Of a DNA stretch of 64,000 bases, positions 18,765-28,710 are shown piece by piece. Source of the stretch: an uncultured delta proteobacterium (GTDB lineage: Bacteria > Myxococcota_A > Polyangia > Fen-1088); NCBI GenBank assembly GCA_963737265.1, contig CAVTRY010000011.1:1088001-1152000 (forward strand), in the 5' to 3' direction. The notes beneath the pieces are model-generated. The model saw nothing but the letters and a program-made list of their open reading frames with translations, did no database searches and was not told where the DNA came from. Made by a program: the position numbers and the translations under genes. Positions within the stretch are counted from its first letter, which is position 1. Each line of letters opens with the position of its first letter.

Positions 18765-21025
18765 AGGACACTCTGCGGATCTACGTCTACCTCAAGACGC
18801 ACGTTGCGGGGAAGCGGCGCACGCTGCATCACTCGGGCCACGGTGAGTAGTTTCGCCCGATCTGTGCCGGACAGCCAGACTTGAAAGCGAGATCGCCCAC
18901 GCAGGCGGGCAATGGGCGCCTCGGACGGTCCCAAGACGCGAACGGCGGAATCCGCCACCGCTCGGGCACGCGACGCCACGGCGCTAGCACCCTCGCGGAC
19001 CGCTTTCTCATCGGGGCTATCCAAGCGCACGGCGACCATGCGCGAAAAGGGCGGATAGCCCGCAGCTTCCCGATGTGACAGCTCGTCCTGCACAAAACCT
19101 TCATAATCGTGCTGCCGCAGAAACTGAATTGCCGGATGCTCCGGACAGTAGGTCTGGACCACGATACGCCCAGCTCGTTCGGCCCGCCCTGCTCTTCCCG
19201 CCACTTGCTCCATGATTTGGAACGTGCGTTCGGCCGCGCGAAAATCCGGCAAATGGATTCCTTGATCGGGCTGCAGAATTCCGACCAAGGTCACGCCGCC
19301 AAAATCGTGGCCCTTGGTCACCATTTGCGTCCCGATGAGAATGTCGATTTCGCCGCGATGAACTTTGGCGAGCAACGCTTCCAGGCGCCCGCCGTCGGCG
19401 GTATCGCGGTCGAGCCGTGCCACCCGCGCTTGCGGGAAGCGCTCCCGCACCAGCGTCTCGACGCGCTCGGTGCCGCTGCCCATGCCTTCAAGGCTTGTTC
19501 CCTTGCACTGCGGACAAATCTCGCGGATTCGCTCCGCGCGACCGCAGTAATGACAGAGCAGGTGAGCGCGGGCTCGATGCAAGGTCAGCGATACCGCGCA
19601 CGAAGGGCAACGCATAACGTGTCCGCAGGCGCGACAGTGAACAAACGTGGAGAAGCCGCGCCGGTTGAGAAACAGGATAGTTTGCTCGCCTGCCGACAGC
19701 GCCTGCTCTACCGCCAGGGCCAAGGGTGGTGAAAGGATGCCATCGCCGCCGGGCGGGTGTCTGCGCAGGTCGATGACCTCGACGGGTGGCAGTGGCCGAT
19801 GGGCCGCCGCTGGGTTGGCCCGTGTCGGCAAGAGCAAGCGGGTGAACCGGCCCAGCACAACATTGCGATAGGTTTCAAGACAGGGTGTCGCGGAGCCCAG
19901 CACGGCGAGCACGTTGCCCTGGCGTGCCCGCATGACGGCGAGGTCGCGGGCGTGGTAGCGAAAGCCCTCCTCCTGTTTGAACGATCCGTCGTGCTCCTCG
20001 TCGACCACGATGACGGCCAGCTCGCGAACCGGGGCAAACACCGCGGACCGCGCGCCGACCGCGATGCCGACCTCGCCACGACGCAACCGCCGCCAGGCAG
20101 CAATTCGCTCGCCCGCCGGCAAGGCGCTGTGCAGGACCGCCACGTCGTCGCCGAAGCGGGCACGAAAGCGCGCGGCGAGCTGGGGTGTCAGCGCAATTTC
20201 GGGCACCAACACCAAGGCGCCGAGCCCACGCTTTCGCGCCTCGGCAATGAGGCGTAGGTAGACTTCCGTCTTGCCTGAGCCGGTGATCCCTTGCAGGACG
20301 AAGGTTCCATAGCCACCGCCCAGCGCCTGCAAAAGTGCGGCGAACGCAGCTTGCTGGTGTTCGTTCAGTTTCGGCAATGCCTCGCCGTCGAAGACCTGAC
20401 GATCGGGGCTGTCTTCGCCGGCCGTCTTTGTCCGCCGTTTGGCCCCTCGGATCGCGTCCGCAACCTCGACGAAACCGCGCTCAACGAGAAAGCTCACGCG
20501 TGCTGCCTCGGCCGACGACGTGCGTGCGAGACCAGTCATGCCGAGCGTCTTCGCCTTCTTCAACCTGGCCAACATCGCGCGATCGCCAGCATCGAGTGCC
20601 ATCGTGGCAAGCGCGGAGGCGCCGGTCGCTTCCGTCGCTCGCCGCCCTGCCTCAGTCAGGTGCACGCGCCGCGAAGACGAAGCGCGCTCTCCGCGCGGCA
20701 GCGCCGCACTCAATACCTCGCCGAGTGGAGCAAGGTAGTAGCTCGCTGCCCATCGGCACAGTTCGAGAACTTGCTCATCGAGTGCCGGTCCGTCGCCTAC
20801 GACCTCCGCGATTTCGCGCACGTCAACCGGCGCTTTCTCGGCGTAGCCGACGACGAATCCAGTGATGGTTCGCCGACCGAACGGCACAACGACCTGTGTT
20901 CCGAGGGGCGCGCGCGCGCCTGGCCGAGGATCGCGATAGGTGAACAGATCCGTCAAGGGAAGCGCAACGGCCACTTCGTACAAGACGCCGCCAGCTCCTC
21001 CGGGTCGCGGGCCGGAGCTACTCAT
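18761..21025 (-). CDS. priA: primosomal protein N' (replication restart helicase)
   Basis: GITGSGKTEVY, DEEH, LGSATP, CRAC/CPSC/CHYC/CPQC Zn motifs, GTQMVTKGHDF, QVAGRAGR. Confidence 0.97.
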   Translation of the reverse strand: MSSSGPRPGGAGGVLYEVAVALPLTDLFTYRDPRPGARAPLGTQVVVPFGRRTITGFVVGYAEKAPVDVREIAEVVGDGPALDEQVLELCRWAASYYLAPLGEVLSAALPRGERASSSRRVHLTEAGRRATEATGASALATMALDAGDRAMLARLKKAKTLGMTGLARTSSAEAARVSFLVERGFVEVADAIRGAKRRTKTAGEDSPDRQVFDGEALPKLNEHQQAAFAALLQALGGGYGTFVLQGITGSGKTEVYLRLIAEARKRGLGALVLVPEIALTPQLAARFRARFGDDVAVLHSALPAGERIAAWRRLRRGEVGIAVGARSAVFAPVRELAVIVVDEEHDGSFKQEEGFRYHARDLAVMRARQGNVLAVLGSATPCLETYRNVVLGRFTRLLLPTRANPAAAHRPLPPVEVIDLRRHPPGGDGILSPPLALAVEQALSAGEQTILFLNRRGFSTFVHCRACGHVMRCPSCAVSLTLHRARAHLLCHYCGRAERIREICPQCKGTSLEGMGSGTERVETLVRERFPQARVARLDRDTADGGRLEALLAKVHRGEIDILIGTQMVTKGHDFGGVTLVGILQPDQGIHLPDFRAAERTFQIMEQVAGRAGRAERAGRIVVQTYCPEHPAIQFLRQHDYEGFVQDELSHREAAGYPPFSRMVAVRLDSPDEKAVREGASAVASRARAVADSAVRVLGPSEAPIARLRGRSRFQVWLSGTDRAKLLTVARVMQRAPLPRNVRLEVDVDPQSVL

Positions 21026-22074
21026 GACCCAGATTCCTCGGTGTGCGCGACGCCGACAAGCAGTTCCGCAACCCTGTCGTAGAGGATCTCAGGGATCTCG
21101 CAGCCCTCCTCGACACCCTGGAGAGCACATGCGAGGTGATTGTCTTCGACGATCGGCACCTTGCTGGTCCGCGCGACATCTTCGATCTTCTGCGCGACCC
21201 GGCGCTCGCCTTTGACCAAAACCACCGGCGCTCCCTGGCCGGTGCGGTCGTAGCGGATGGTCGCCGCCAGCACGCCTCGTTCGACCACGACCAGATCGGC
21301 GCTTTCCACTTCGGCCAGTGCGTGCTGTTGCAAGATTTCACCGTGGAGACGCTGACGTTCCGCCCGGCGCGCGGGATCGCCTTCGTTTTCCTTGTGCTCT
21401 CGCCTTACCTCATCCCGACTCATGCGCAACGATTTCCTATGACGATGGATCTGCCATCCGTAGTCCACGCCGCCGAGCACCACCATAGCCACCGCCAATC
21501 GGAGCCCCAGGATATTTCCCATCTTGGCGATGGTCAGGAGAATCCGCGAGGCCCCTGCGCCACCTAGATGCACGATCTCGGGCGCCCAGGCGCGAAGCGA
21601 CCAATAGCCGACCAAGCCGACGACGGCAATCTTGAGCAGCTCTTTCGCCATTTCCACGCAGGCATCGCGCCCCACGAGTCGACCGCGCGAAGGAACGAGG
21701 CGATTCGTGTCCAACCGGACCCGCCCGAGCGAGAAGAAAGCGCGAGTCTGTGCGAGACCAACGAATAACACGATGGCGACCGTGGCTGTCACGGGAGCAA
21801 CGAGCGCCATGAGCCACTCTCTTAGGCAGGACTGAACCACGCCGGAGAACGACGTTGCGCTGGCAGCCACACCCAGGGTCATGCGCATGGTTGCGACCAA
21901 TCCACCGGCCCAAGACGGACCCGCCGCAATGAGAGCCACGCATGCCGCAAGCGCGCCAAATCCAGAATTGAGATCGCGACTGAGCGCGATCTGCCCCTCG
22001 TGGCGCGCCCGTTCCAGTCGTCGCTGGGTGGGCGCCTCGGTCTTTTCCTCCAGCGCCGGATCAGCCATGGGCAC
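21022..22074 (-). CDS. flhB: FlhB/SctU family type III export switch protein, lacking NPTH
   Basis: EKTEAPTQRRLERARHEGQ, four hydrophobic segments, LRMSRDEVRREHKENEGDP, YDRTGQGAPVVLVKG, VPIVED..LA..L, EIPE.LY..VAELL. Confidence 0.9.
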   Translation of the reverse strand: MPMADPALEEKTEAPTQRRLERARHEGQIALSRDLNSGFGALAACVALIAAGPSWAGGLVATMRMTLGVAASATSFSGVVQSCLREWLMALVAPVTATVAIVLFVGLAQTRAFFSLGRVRLDTNRLVPSRGRLVGRDACVEMAKELLKIAVVGLVGYWSLRAWAPEIVHLGGAGASRILLTIAKMGNILGLRLAVAMVVLGGVDYGWQIHRHRKSLRMSRDEVRREHKENEGDPARRAERQRLHGEILQQHALAEVESADLVVVERGVLAATIRYDRTGQGAPVVLVKGERRVAQKIEDVARTSKVPIVEDNHLACALQGVEEGCEIPEILYDRVAELLVGVAHTEESGS

Positions 22075-22095
22075 GCTGGCGAGTCATCGGGCGCA

Positions 22096-22914
22096 TCATC
22101 GTCCCAGCCGCGCGGCTGCTTGGAAAATGCCGAGAAATTCCTGAAACGTGTGTTGCATGGCCACGTCCAATGTTGCCAGCCCCACCAGCACGGCGCCGAC
22201 GCCCAACAGCGCTTTGAGCGGCATGCCGACGAAGTAGAGTGGAATCTGCGGAGCCGCACGCCCGAGCACCCCAAGCGCGATGTCGGCAAGCAACGACGCA
22301 ACGACCACGGGAGCACACAGGCCAATCGCGGTCTCGATGAGCTTGCCTGACGCACTGATAGTCAGAATGGCCAGCGCGTGCGTGGACTCGCGAAACGGTA
22401 TCTGCGGGGTCAGCGGGATTGCCTCATAGCTGCGTGCCAGAGCCAACGCAACCGTGCCAACACCTCCAATTTCATGGAACACGACGATGAACAGCAGGAG
22501 CATGACGACACCGAGAGGGCTGCTCACCGTCTCGCCTGCCGGGGAGATTGCCTCGGCGAGATTGGCTCCGCGCAGAACGTCCGTCAGCTGTCCCGCGGCT
22601 TCGGCTGCACGAAACGCGCAGGAACAGACGAATCCTATCGCTGTCCCGACGACTGCCTCGCGCCCAACCAGAAGCAACCAGATGAGAATGCCACCCGTGG
22701 GTGGATGCGCAGAAAGCATGGGAAAGCAAAGCGCCGAAAGGCCAATTCCCAGGGCAAGGCGAACCTGGGCCGGCAACGTGGGACCGCCAAATGCCGGAAT
22801 CGACCACACCAGGGGAACGGTTCGCGCGGCACCCAACGCCACAATCAGGAGATCTTGCAGGAGATCTTGCAAGAGATGTTGATCGAGGCTTCCGGGTAGC
22901 AAGGCGGCAGGCAC
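22096..22914 (-). CDS. fliR: FliR/SctT family export gate protein
   Basis: P.FG...P..VR, AGQLTDVLRG, SYEAIP, DIALGVLGRAAPQIPLYFVGMPLK; start trimmed to GTG 22914. Confidence 0.88.
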   Translation of the reverse strand: MPAALLPGSLDQHLLQDLLQDLLIVALGAARTVPLVWSIPAFGGPTLPAQVRLALGIGLSALCFPMLSAHPPTGGILIWLLLVGREAVVGTAIGFVCSCAFRAAEAAGQLTDVLRGANLAEAISPAGETVSSPLGVVMLLLFIVVFHEIGGVGTVALALARSYEAIPLTPQIPFRESTHALAILTISASGKLIETAIGLCAPVVVASLLADIALGVLGRAAPQIPLYFVGMPLKALLGVGAVLVGLATLDVAMQHTFQEFLGIFQAAARLGR

Positions 22915-22915
22915 C

Positions 22916-23194
22916 CTAGCGGATCGTGGGAATTGCGAGCAACAGAGCCTGCGCGAAACGCAAGACTTGCGCACCCAGCAACGGCCCCATCGCAAGCAGA
23001 ACCAAGGCGACCGCCACCAGCTTCGGTACAAAGGCCAGAGTCTGGTCGTGAATCTGCGTCGCTGCTTCCAGAATGCCGACCACGAGCCCCACGGCCAAGC
23101 TTGCAAGAAGCGGCGGCGCGGACACCAGAAGCACCAACATCAGCCCCTCCCGAACCGCGCGCAAAATGACATCCGGAGCCCCGCTGCTAAACAT
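22916..23194 (-). CDS. fliQ: FliQ/SctS family export gate protein
   Basis: SAPPLL...GLVVGILEAATQIHDQTLAFVPKL. Confidence 0.9.
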   Translation of the reverse strand: MFSSGAPDVILRAVREGLMLVLLVSAPPLLASLAVGLVVGILEAATQIHDQTLAFVPKLVAVALVLLAMGPLLGAQVLRFAQALLLAIPTIR

Positions 23195-23909
23195 AACTTT
23201 CCACCAGTCCCCTCAAGAGAAGCTGCCAGCCGTCGGCGAGCACGAAAAGCAGCAGCTTGAAGGGCAGCGACACCGTTGTCGGCGAGAGCATGTGCATGCC
23301 CAGGGCAAGAAGCAGGTTGGATATGACCATGTCCACGACCAAAAACGGAATGAACAGCAGGAATCCGATCTCGAAGGCTCTGCGCAACTCCGTCGTGAGA
23401 AACGCCGGAACCGCGACCAGGAAATCACGATCCGTGATGCCTGCCCTATCCGCCGGCGCCCGCATACGCAGGGCCAGATTGTGGAACAGGTTTCGATCCC
23501 TCGAAGTCCCGTGCTTGAGCAAGAATTCGCGCAGGGGTTCCTTGGCCTTTTCCACCGCCGAGCCCAGCGCCTCTAGACTTTGCCTGCTCAGGAGCTCCGC
23601 GCCGACTCCCTGACCAAGCACCGGCTCGACGGCCCGAAACATCCGCTCCCCCGTTGGCGCCATGACATAGACAGTGAGGATCAAGGCGAGACCGGTAATG
23701 ACCTGCGAGGGTGGAATATTGGGCGTGCCAAGCGCGCTCCTCAAGATCGACAGCACCACGGCGATCTTCACGAAGCTGGTCATGAGCAGCAAAGCGAATG
23801 GCAGAATCGACAGCGCCGCCAGGGCGACAAGAAACAATGCCGGCCGGGAAGAAAATCCCTGCGTCCTGTCCAGGTTCGCAGCAGCCACGCTTGCGACCAG
23901 CGCAGTCAT
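23187..23909 (-). CDS. fliP: FliP/SctR family export gate protein
   Basis: MTSFVKIAVVLSILRSALG...PP, PAFLTTELRRAFEIGFLLFIPFLVVDMV, LGMHMLSP...LPFKLLLFVLADGW. Confidence 0.93.
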   Translation of the reverse strand: MTALVASVAAANLDRTQGFSSRPALFLVALAALSILPFALLLMTSFVKIAVVLSILRSALGTPNIPPSQVITGLALILTVYVMAPTGERMFRAVEPVLGQGVGAELLSRQSLEALGSAVEKAKEPLREFLLKHGTSRDRNLFHNLALRMRAPADRAGITDRDFLVAVPAFLTTELRRAFEIGFLLFIPFLVVDMVISNLLLALGMHMLSPTTVSLPFKLLLFVLADGWQLLLRGLVESYV

Positions 23910-24271
23910 CGTCTGCCCCGCTTTAGCACCCGGACCAAGACGTCAGGGAAAGACGATCCTGTCTGGTCGCCGGCGCCTGCAGCCGGAATGCTTGGCAACG
24001 CCGACTTCTCGATCTCGGCCAGCATCGTCATTGGACCGTCCCCGACACCGACCAAGAAACAGCGCCCGCCCGACTCGATGAGGTAGACCGCTCGGCGAGC
24101 CTCCAGGGCACATCGGCCGATGAGGCGAATGGAACTGTCTCCCCGCCCGACACCACGTCGCGCCAGCCAGCGCAACACTACGAACGCGGCTAAGCAGACG
24201 ATACCCAGGGAAACAAAAGAAAGCGCTAGAGAACTTCCTAGTCCTGGAAGGTCAGACGCTGGCGCATCCAT
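23906..24271 (-). CDS. fliO: FliO-like protein
   Basis: Single TM helix then IRLIGRCALEARRAVYLIESGGRCFLVGVG...LAEI pattern; immediately upstream of and overlapping fliP. Confidence 0.75.
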   Translation of the reverse strand: MDAPASDLPGLGSSLALSFVSLGIVCLAAFVVLRWLARRGVGRGDSSIRLIGRCALEARRAVYLIESGGRCFLVGVGDGPMTMLAEIEKSALPSIPAAGAGDQTGSSFPDVLVRVLKRGRR

Positions 24272-24277
24272 GATCCG

Positions 24278-24307
24278 GAATTACCGCCATCGGGCATTCC
24301 GTGTCAA
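24278..24307 (-). promoter_or_regulatory. candidate sigma70 promoter for the fliO cluster
   Basis: Minus strand TTGACA (24307-24302), then 16-18 nt to a weak -10 GGTAATT a few nt before the fliO ATG. Confidence 0.45.
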
Positions 24308-24328
24308 CCGGGCAATTCACCTCGGGTG

Positions 24329-24958
24329 CTACTCGCCGCCCCGGCTTCGTCCGGCCCGCTTCATGGTCGCAGCCGACTTCGCGGGTGCGCCTGCCCCTAG
24401 ATTCTTCTTCACTTTCGGGGCCGTCGCTGCTTTCGTCTTGGCTTTGGGCTTGGCTTCGCCGGCGGCCGCCGACTTCTCCTTGCCCTTTGCCTTCGCTTCG
24501 CCTGGTTCCTTGCCCTTGGGAGACGGCTTCGCACCGGTCTCGCCGGGCTCACCCGGGATAAGTTCCAGCAAAGCCATGGGGGCTGCGTCGCCCGGACGCT
24601 GGGCCATCTTCACAATGCGGGTGTAACCGCCATGGCGAGAGAGAAAGCGTGGTCCGATTTCCTCGAACAGCTTCATGACCGCATCGCGATCGCGAACCAC
24701 CCGCAACGCCATCCGCACCGCATGTACCATCCGGGCGCGCTCTTCATCCGTCCGCTTGTCGGGCTTCTTGGTGAGAATTCCGCCCAATCGGCGAGCCCAG
24801 GTAATTGCTCGCTCTGCGAGACGACGAATCTCCTTGGCCTTGACCTCCGTGGTGCGAATGCGCTCGTAGGTGAGCAACGCCGCCACCATGTTGGAGAATA
24901 GCGCCTTGCGGTGCGCCGCCGTTCGGGAAAGATGTAGTCCAGCTCTCTTGTGTCGCAT
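24329..24958 (-). CDS. rplQ: 50S ribosomal protein L17 with basic C-terminal extension
   Basis: MRHKR...HRKAL...RIRTTEVKAKE...GGYTRIVK...GDAAPMA. Confidence 0.96.
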   Translation of the reverse strand: MRHKRAGLHLSRTAAHRKALFSNMVAALLTYERIRTTEVKAKEIRRLAERAITWARRLGGILTKKPDKRTDEERARMVHAVRMALRVVRDRDAVMKLFEEIGPRFLSRHGGYTRIVKMAQRPGDAAPMALLELIPGEPGETGAKPSPKGKEPGEAKAKGKEKSAAAGEAKPKAKTKAATAPKVKKNLGAGAPAKSAATMKRAGRSRGGE

Positions 24959-25032
24959 GTTGGCCTAGGTACTCGTTGGCTCTGCCTGTTTACAATTCCT
25001 GCCTGTTGTCGCCTGGCTCTGCTTGAGAACGC

Positions 25033-26079
25033 CTAGGCCTTCTTCGGCGGACCGTCGCCCGGCCAGCCTTCCAGCTTCATGCCGAGAGAGAGCCCCATCG
25101 CAGCCAGGATCTCTTTGATTTCCTTGAGCGACTTGCGTCCAAAGTTCTTGGTCTTGAGCATGTCGGATTCGGTCTTCTGCACCAGCTCGCCGATGTAGCG
25201 GATGTTGGCATTCTGCAAGCAGTTTGCCGAGCGAACCGACAATTCCAAATCATCGACCGACTTCCACAAGTTCTCGTTGAGCTTCTGTTGCTCTTCGGAA
25301 ACCGTCGCTTCCGGGGCCGGCTCCGCGCCCTCCTGGAAGTTGATGAAGATAGAAAGCTGGTCCTTGAAGATCTTGGCCGCGTAAGCAACGGCGTCCTCGG
25401 GACTCACCGTGCCGTTCGTCCACACTTCGAGGGTCAAACGGTCGTAGTCGGTCTGCTGGCCAACGCGCGCGTTGGTCACCGCGAAATTGACCTTGTGAAC
25501 CGGCGAGAAAAGAGAATCGATGGGCACCACGCCGACCGGCATGTTCGGCTGTTTGTTGCGGTCGGCTGGCACGTAGCCGCGCCCCACCCCGATCTCCAAC
25601 TCCATGCGAACCTTGGCCCCCTTGGAGCAGGTCATGACGTGATGGTCTGGGTTCAAAATCTCGATGCCTTCCGGGCACTGAATATCCTTGGCGGTGACCT
25701 TTCCTTCCCCATCCTTGTCAATCCGCACCGTGCGCGGCTTGCCGTCGTGGGAAAGGATGATCACTTCCTTCAGGTTCAGCACGATGTCCGTAACATCCTC
25801 GGCCACCTCGGGCAACGAGGTGAACTCGTGCACGGCGCCCTCGATTTTCACGGAGGTGATAGCCGCGCCTTGCAGCGATGACAACAACACCCGGCGGATG
25901 CCGTTGCCTATGGTCGTTCCGAAGCCGCGCTCAAGCGGCTCACAGGTAAACTTCCCATAGGTTGGCGTCAACGATTCGACATCCACCTCAAGCTTGCGCG
26001 GCTTGATGAGGTCTCGCCAATTCCTCGCAATAAACGTAGACGGCGTGACAGCGGCGGTCTGGGCACTAGCGCTCGACAT
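25033..26079 (-). CDS. rpoA: RNA polymerase alpha subunit
   Basis: [32 protein letters not shown]. Confidence 0.98.
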   Translation of the reverse strand: MSSASAQTAAVTPSTFIARNWRDLIKPRKLEVDVESLTPTYGKFTCEPLERGFGTTIGNGIRRVLLSSLQGAAITSVKIEGAVHEFTSLPEVAEDVTDIVLNLKEVIILSHDGKPRTVRIDKDGEGKVTAKDIQCPEGIEILNPDHHVMTCSKGAKVRMELEIGVGRGYVPADRNKQPNMPVGVVPIDSLFSPVHKVNFAVTNARVGQQTDYDRLTLEVWTNGTVSPEDAVAYAAKIFKDQLSIFINFQEGAEPAPEATVSEEQQKLNENLWKSVDDLELSVRSANCLQNANIRYIGELVQKTESDMLKTKNFGRKSLKEIKEILAAMGLSLGMKLEGWPGDGPPKKA

Positions 26080-26130
26080 CCTGTTCTCCTGTTAGATTCT
26101 AGGAATCAAAAAACTTCGCGGCGGCGTTCG

Positions 26131-26760
26131 CTACTTAGAATAAAGTTCGACGACGAGCTGCTCGCGAACCGTCATCGTGAGGTCTTCTCGCGACGGCAAC
26201 GTCACGAGCTTGCCCTGAAAATTGTCCTTGTCGAGTTGCAGCCATTTGGGCACGCCTCGACGATCAACGGCACCCAGGCTCTCAAGGATACGGGTCACCT
26301 TCCGCGACGGCTCGCATACCACGATGCTGTCGTTCATACCGCAAAGAAAGGACGGAATGTTCACTTTCTTCCCGTTGACCAGGAAATGACCGTGACGAAC
26401 CAACTGCCTTGCCTCGGCGTGATCGGACGCGAAACCAAGACGGTACACCACGTTGTCGAAACGACGTTCCAGCAATTGCAGCAGGTTTTCGCCGGCAACC
26501 CCCTTCATGGAAGTTGCCTTCTTGTAGTAGCCGCGGAACTGGCGCTCTGCTAGCCCATACATGCGCTTCAGCTTCTGCTTCTCTCGCAATTGCGAGCCAT
26601 AGTTGGAAAGTTTTCTTCGTCGCGCCTGCCCATGCTGGCCAGGAGCGTACGCTCGTCGTTCGTAACCACATTTGTCGGTGTAGCAGCGGTCGCCCTTCAG
26701 GAAGAGCTTGGTGTCTTCCCGGCGACATAGGCGGCAAACCGGACCGGAATACTTCGCCAT
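26131..26760 (-). CDS. rpsD: 30S ribosomal protein S4 (Zn-binding type)
   Basis: CRLCRRE...C...[20 protein letters not shown]. Confidence 0.98.
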   Translation of the reverse strand: MAKYSGPVCRLCRREDTKLFLKGDRCYTDKCGYERRAYAPGQHGQARRRKLSNYGSQLREKQKLKRMYGLAERQFRGYYKKATSMKGVAGENLLQLLERRFDNVVYRLGFASDHAEARQLVRHGHFLVNGKKVNIPSFLCGMNDSIVVCEPSRKVTRILESLGAVDRRGVPKWLQLDKDNFQGKLVTLPSREDLTMTVREQLVVELYSK

Positions 26761-26817
26761 CGGTGTCTTACCTTCCTCGTTCTTTCACTGTCCTAGAAGC
26801 GCCCCAACCAAGTCCCG

Positions 26818-27225
26818 TCATACCCTGCGCCGCTTGGGCGGCCTGCAACCATTGTGCGGGATGGGCGTAAGATCCCGGATCACGTTGATTTTGAAGCCCG
26901 CCGCAGCCAGCGCGCGCAGGGCTGACTCGCGGCCAGACCCCGGCCCACGAATAAAAACATTGATAGACTTCATGCCGTGCTCCATCGCCTTGTGAGCCGC
27001 ATCGTCGGCGGCAAGCTGGGCGGCAAACGGCGTCGACTTACGCGAGCCCTTGAAGCCTTTCACCCCGGACGAGGACCAAGACACCACATTCCCAGAAACG
27101 TCGGTGATGGTGACGATGGTATTGTTGAAGGAGGCCGTGATGTAGGCGATCCCGCTTTGGATGCTCTTGCGGGCCTTCTTCGCTTTGGCCTTTGGCTTTA
27201 CTACTACTTCGTTCTCAGTCGCCAT
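26818..27225 (-). CDS. rpsK: 30S ribosomal protein S11
   Basis: [29 protein letters not shown]. Confidence 0.98.
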   Translation of the reverse strand: MATENEVVVKPKAKAKKARKSIQSGIAYITASFNNTIVTITDVSGNVVSWSSSGVKGFKGSRKSTPFAAQLAADDAAHKAMEHGMKSINVFIRGPGSGRESALRALAAAGFKINVIRDLTPIPHNGCRPPKRRRV

Positions 27226-27272
27226 ATCTTGTCCGTTCTGTTTCTAAGGGTGCCAACGATGGAGCCCGAAGC

Positions 27273-27662
27273 CTATGCACCGGTGCCTTCGGTCTTGCGT
27301 TTGATCATCTGGCCCTTACGTGGGCCCTTGCGTGTGCGCGCATTGGTCTTGGTGCGCTGACCTCGGACCGGCAGGCTGCGGCGATGTCGCAAACCGCGGT
27401 AGCAGCCGAGATCCATGAGCCGTTTGATGTTCATGGAAACCTCGCGCTGCAAATCGCCTTCGACCTTGAGCCCCATCTGTTCGATCACCTCGCGGATGCG
27501 GCGAGATTCCGCATCGTCAAGCGCATCGCTGCGCTTGTCCAAGGAGATTCCGGCGGCCTTGAGCACCTCGCGAGCCTTGGTGCGGCCGATGCCGTTGATA
27601 TAGGTCAGCGCAAATTCCATGCGCTTGTTTCGTGGGAGATCGACGCCTGCTACGCGTGCCAT
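27273..27662 (-). CDS. rpsM: 30S ribosomal protein S13
   Basis: [36 protein letters not shown]. Confidence 0.98.
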   Translation of the reverse strand: MARVAGVDLPRNKRMEFALTYINGIGRTKAREVLKAAGISLDKRSDALDDAESRRIREVIEQMGLKVEGDLQREVSMNIKRLMDLGCYRGLRHRRSLPVRGQRTKTNARTRKGPRKGQMIKRKTEGTGA

Positions 27663-27714
27663 AAGGTTCGGGTTCCTTTCCTATCCGTGCCGTCAGAACT
27701 TGCGGTTCTACCGC

Positions 27715-27828
27715 TCAGCCCTGCCGCTGTTTGTGGCGGGAATTCTCGCAAATCACCCGCACGACACCACGTCGCCGGATCACCTTGCACTTGTCGCAGA
27801 TCTTCTTGACTGATGCTCTGACCTTCAT
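27715..27828 (-). CDS. rpmJ: 50S ribosomal protein L36
   Basis: [37 protein letters not shown]. Confidence 0.97.
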   Translation of the reverse strand: MKVRASVKKICDKCKVIRRRGVVRVICENSRHKQRQG

Positions 27829-27844
27829 AGGACACTCATCCGTT

Positions 27845-28600
27845 TCACGCCCGCGAGAGAACCAACGGGCCGTTTTCGGTGATCGCCACCGAGTGCTCAA
27901 AATGGGCCGAGAGGCTACCATCTTTCGTTACCGCAGTCCACCCATCGTCCTCGATGACGACTTGGGGTCCGCCTTCGTTCACCATCGGCTCGATGGCGAC
28001 GACCATGCCGACGCTCAGGCGAGGGCCACGACCGGCCGGGCCGTAGTTCAGCACCTGCGGCGGCTCGTGCATGTGGCGGCCGATCCCGTGTCCGGCGAAC
28101 TGCTCCACGACGGAGTAGCCGCGCTTCTCCACATGGTTTTGCACCGCCCAACCGATGTCGCCAAGACGGTTTCCCGGCACGCACTGCTCGATGGCCTTTT
28201 CCAGGGATACCCGCGTCGCCTCGACCAAGGCTCGCGCTTTCTCGGAAACATTGCCGATGAGAAGCGTCCGTGCCGAGTCCCCACACCAGCCATCCTTGAA
28301 GGCGCCAAAATCGATGGACAGGATATCCCCGTCTTTCAGAACGACATCTTTGCGCGGGATGCCGTGCACAATGACGTTGTTCACCGAGGCGCACAGAACC
28401 GCGGGGTATCCGCGATACCCCAAAAACGCGGAATCGGCCGAAAGTTCCTTCAGCCGTTTGCGCGCGACCAGCTCCAAGTCCCAGGTGGTGAGGCCGATGG
28501 CAGCCGCGGCTGAAAGCACATCGAGGACGTCCGACACAATCAGATTGGCCTCGCGTAGCTTGGCGATCTGCGCAGCGGTCTTGAGCTCAATCCCCTTCAC
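27845..28600 (-). CDS. map: methionine aminopeptidase type I
   Basis: [28 protein letters not shown]...HE, AIEPM, SAHFEH; start GTG 28600. Confidence 0.95.
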   Translation of the reverse strand: MKGIELKTAAQIAKLREANLIVSDVLDVLSAAAAIGLTTWDLELVARKRLKELSADSAFLGYRGYPAVLCASVNNVIVHGIPRKDVVLKDGDILSIDFGAFKDGWCGDSARTLLIGNVSEKARALVEATRVSLEKAIEQCVPGNRLGDIGWAVQNHVEKRGYSVVEQFAGHGIGRHMHEPPQVLNYGPAGRGPRLSVGMVVAIEPMVNEGGPQVVIEDDGWTAVTKDGSLSAHFEHSVAITENGPLVLSRA

Positions 28601-28710
28601 GCGCGCCTCGCCCACGCCGGCAGGACGGCAAACCATCCGACAGCACGACGTGCCTCGGCGCGAAGAATGGGGCTTTTCGCCATAGAGAATGTTCTCCAGG
28701 TTTCCCAAGC

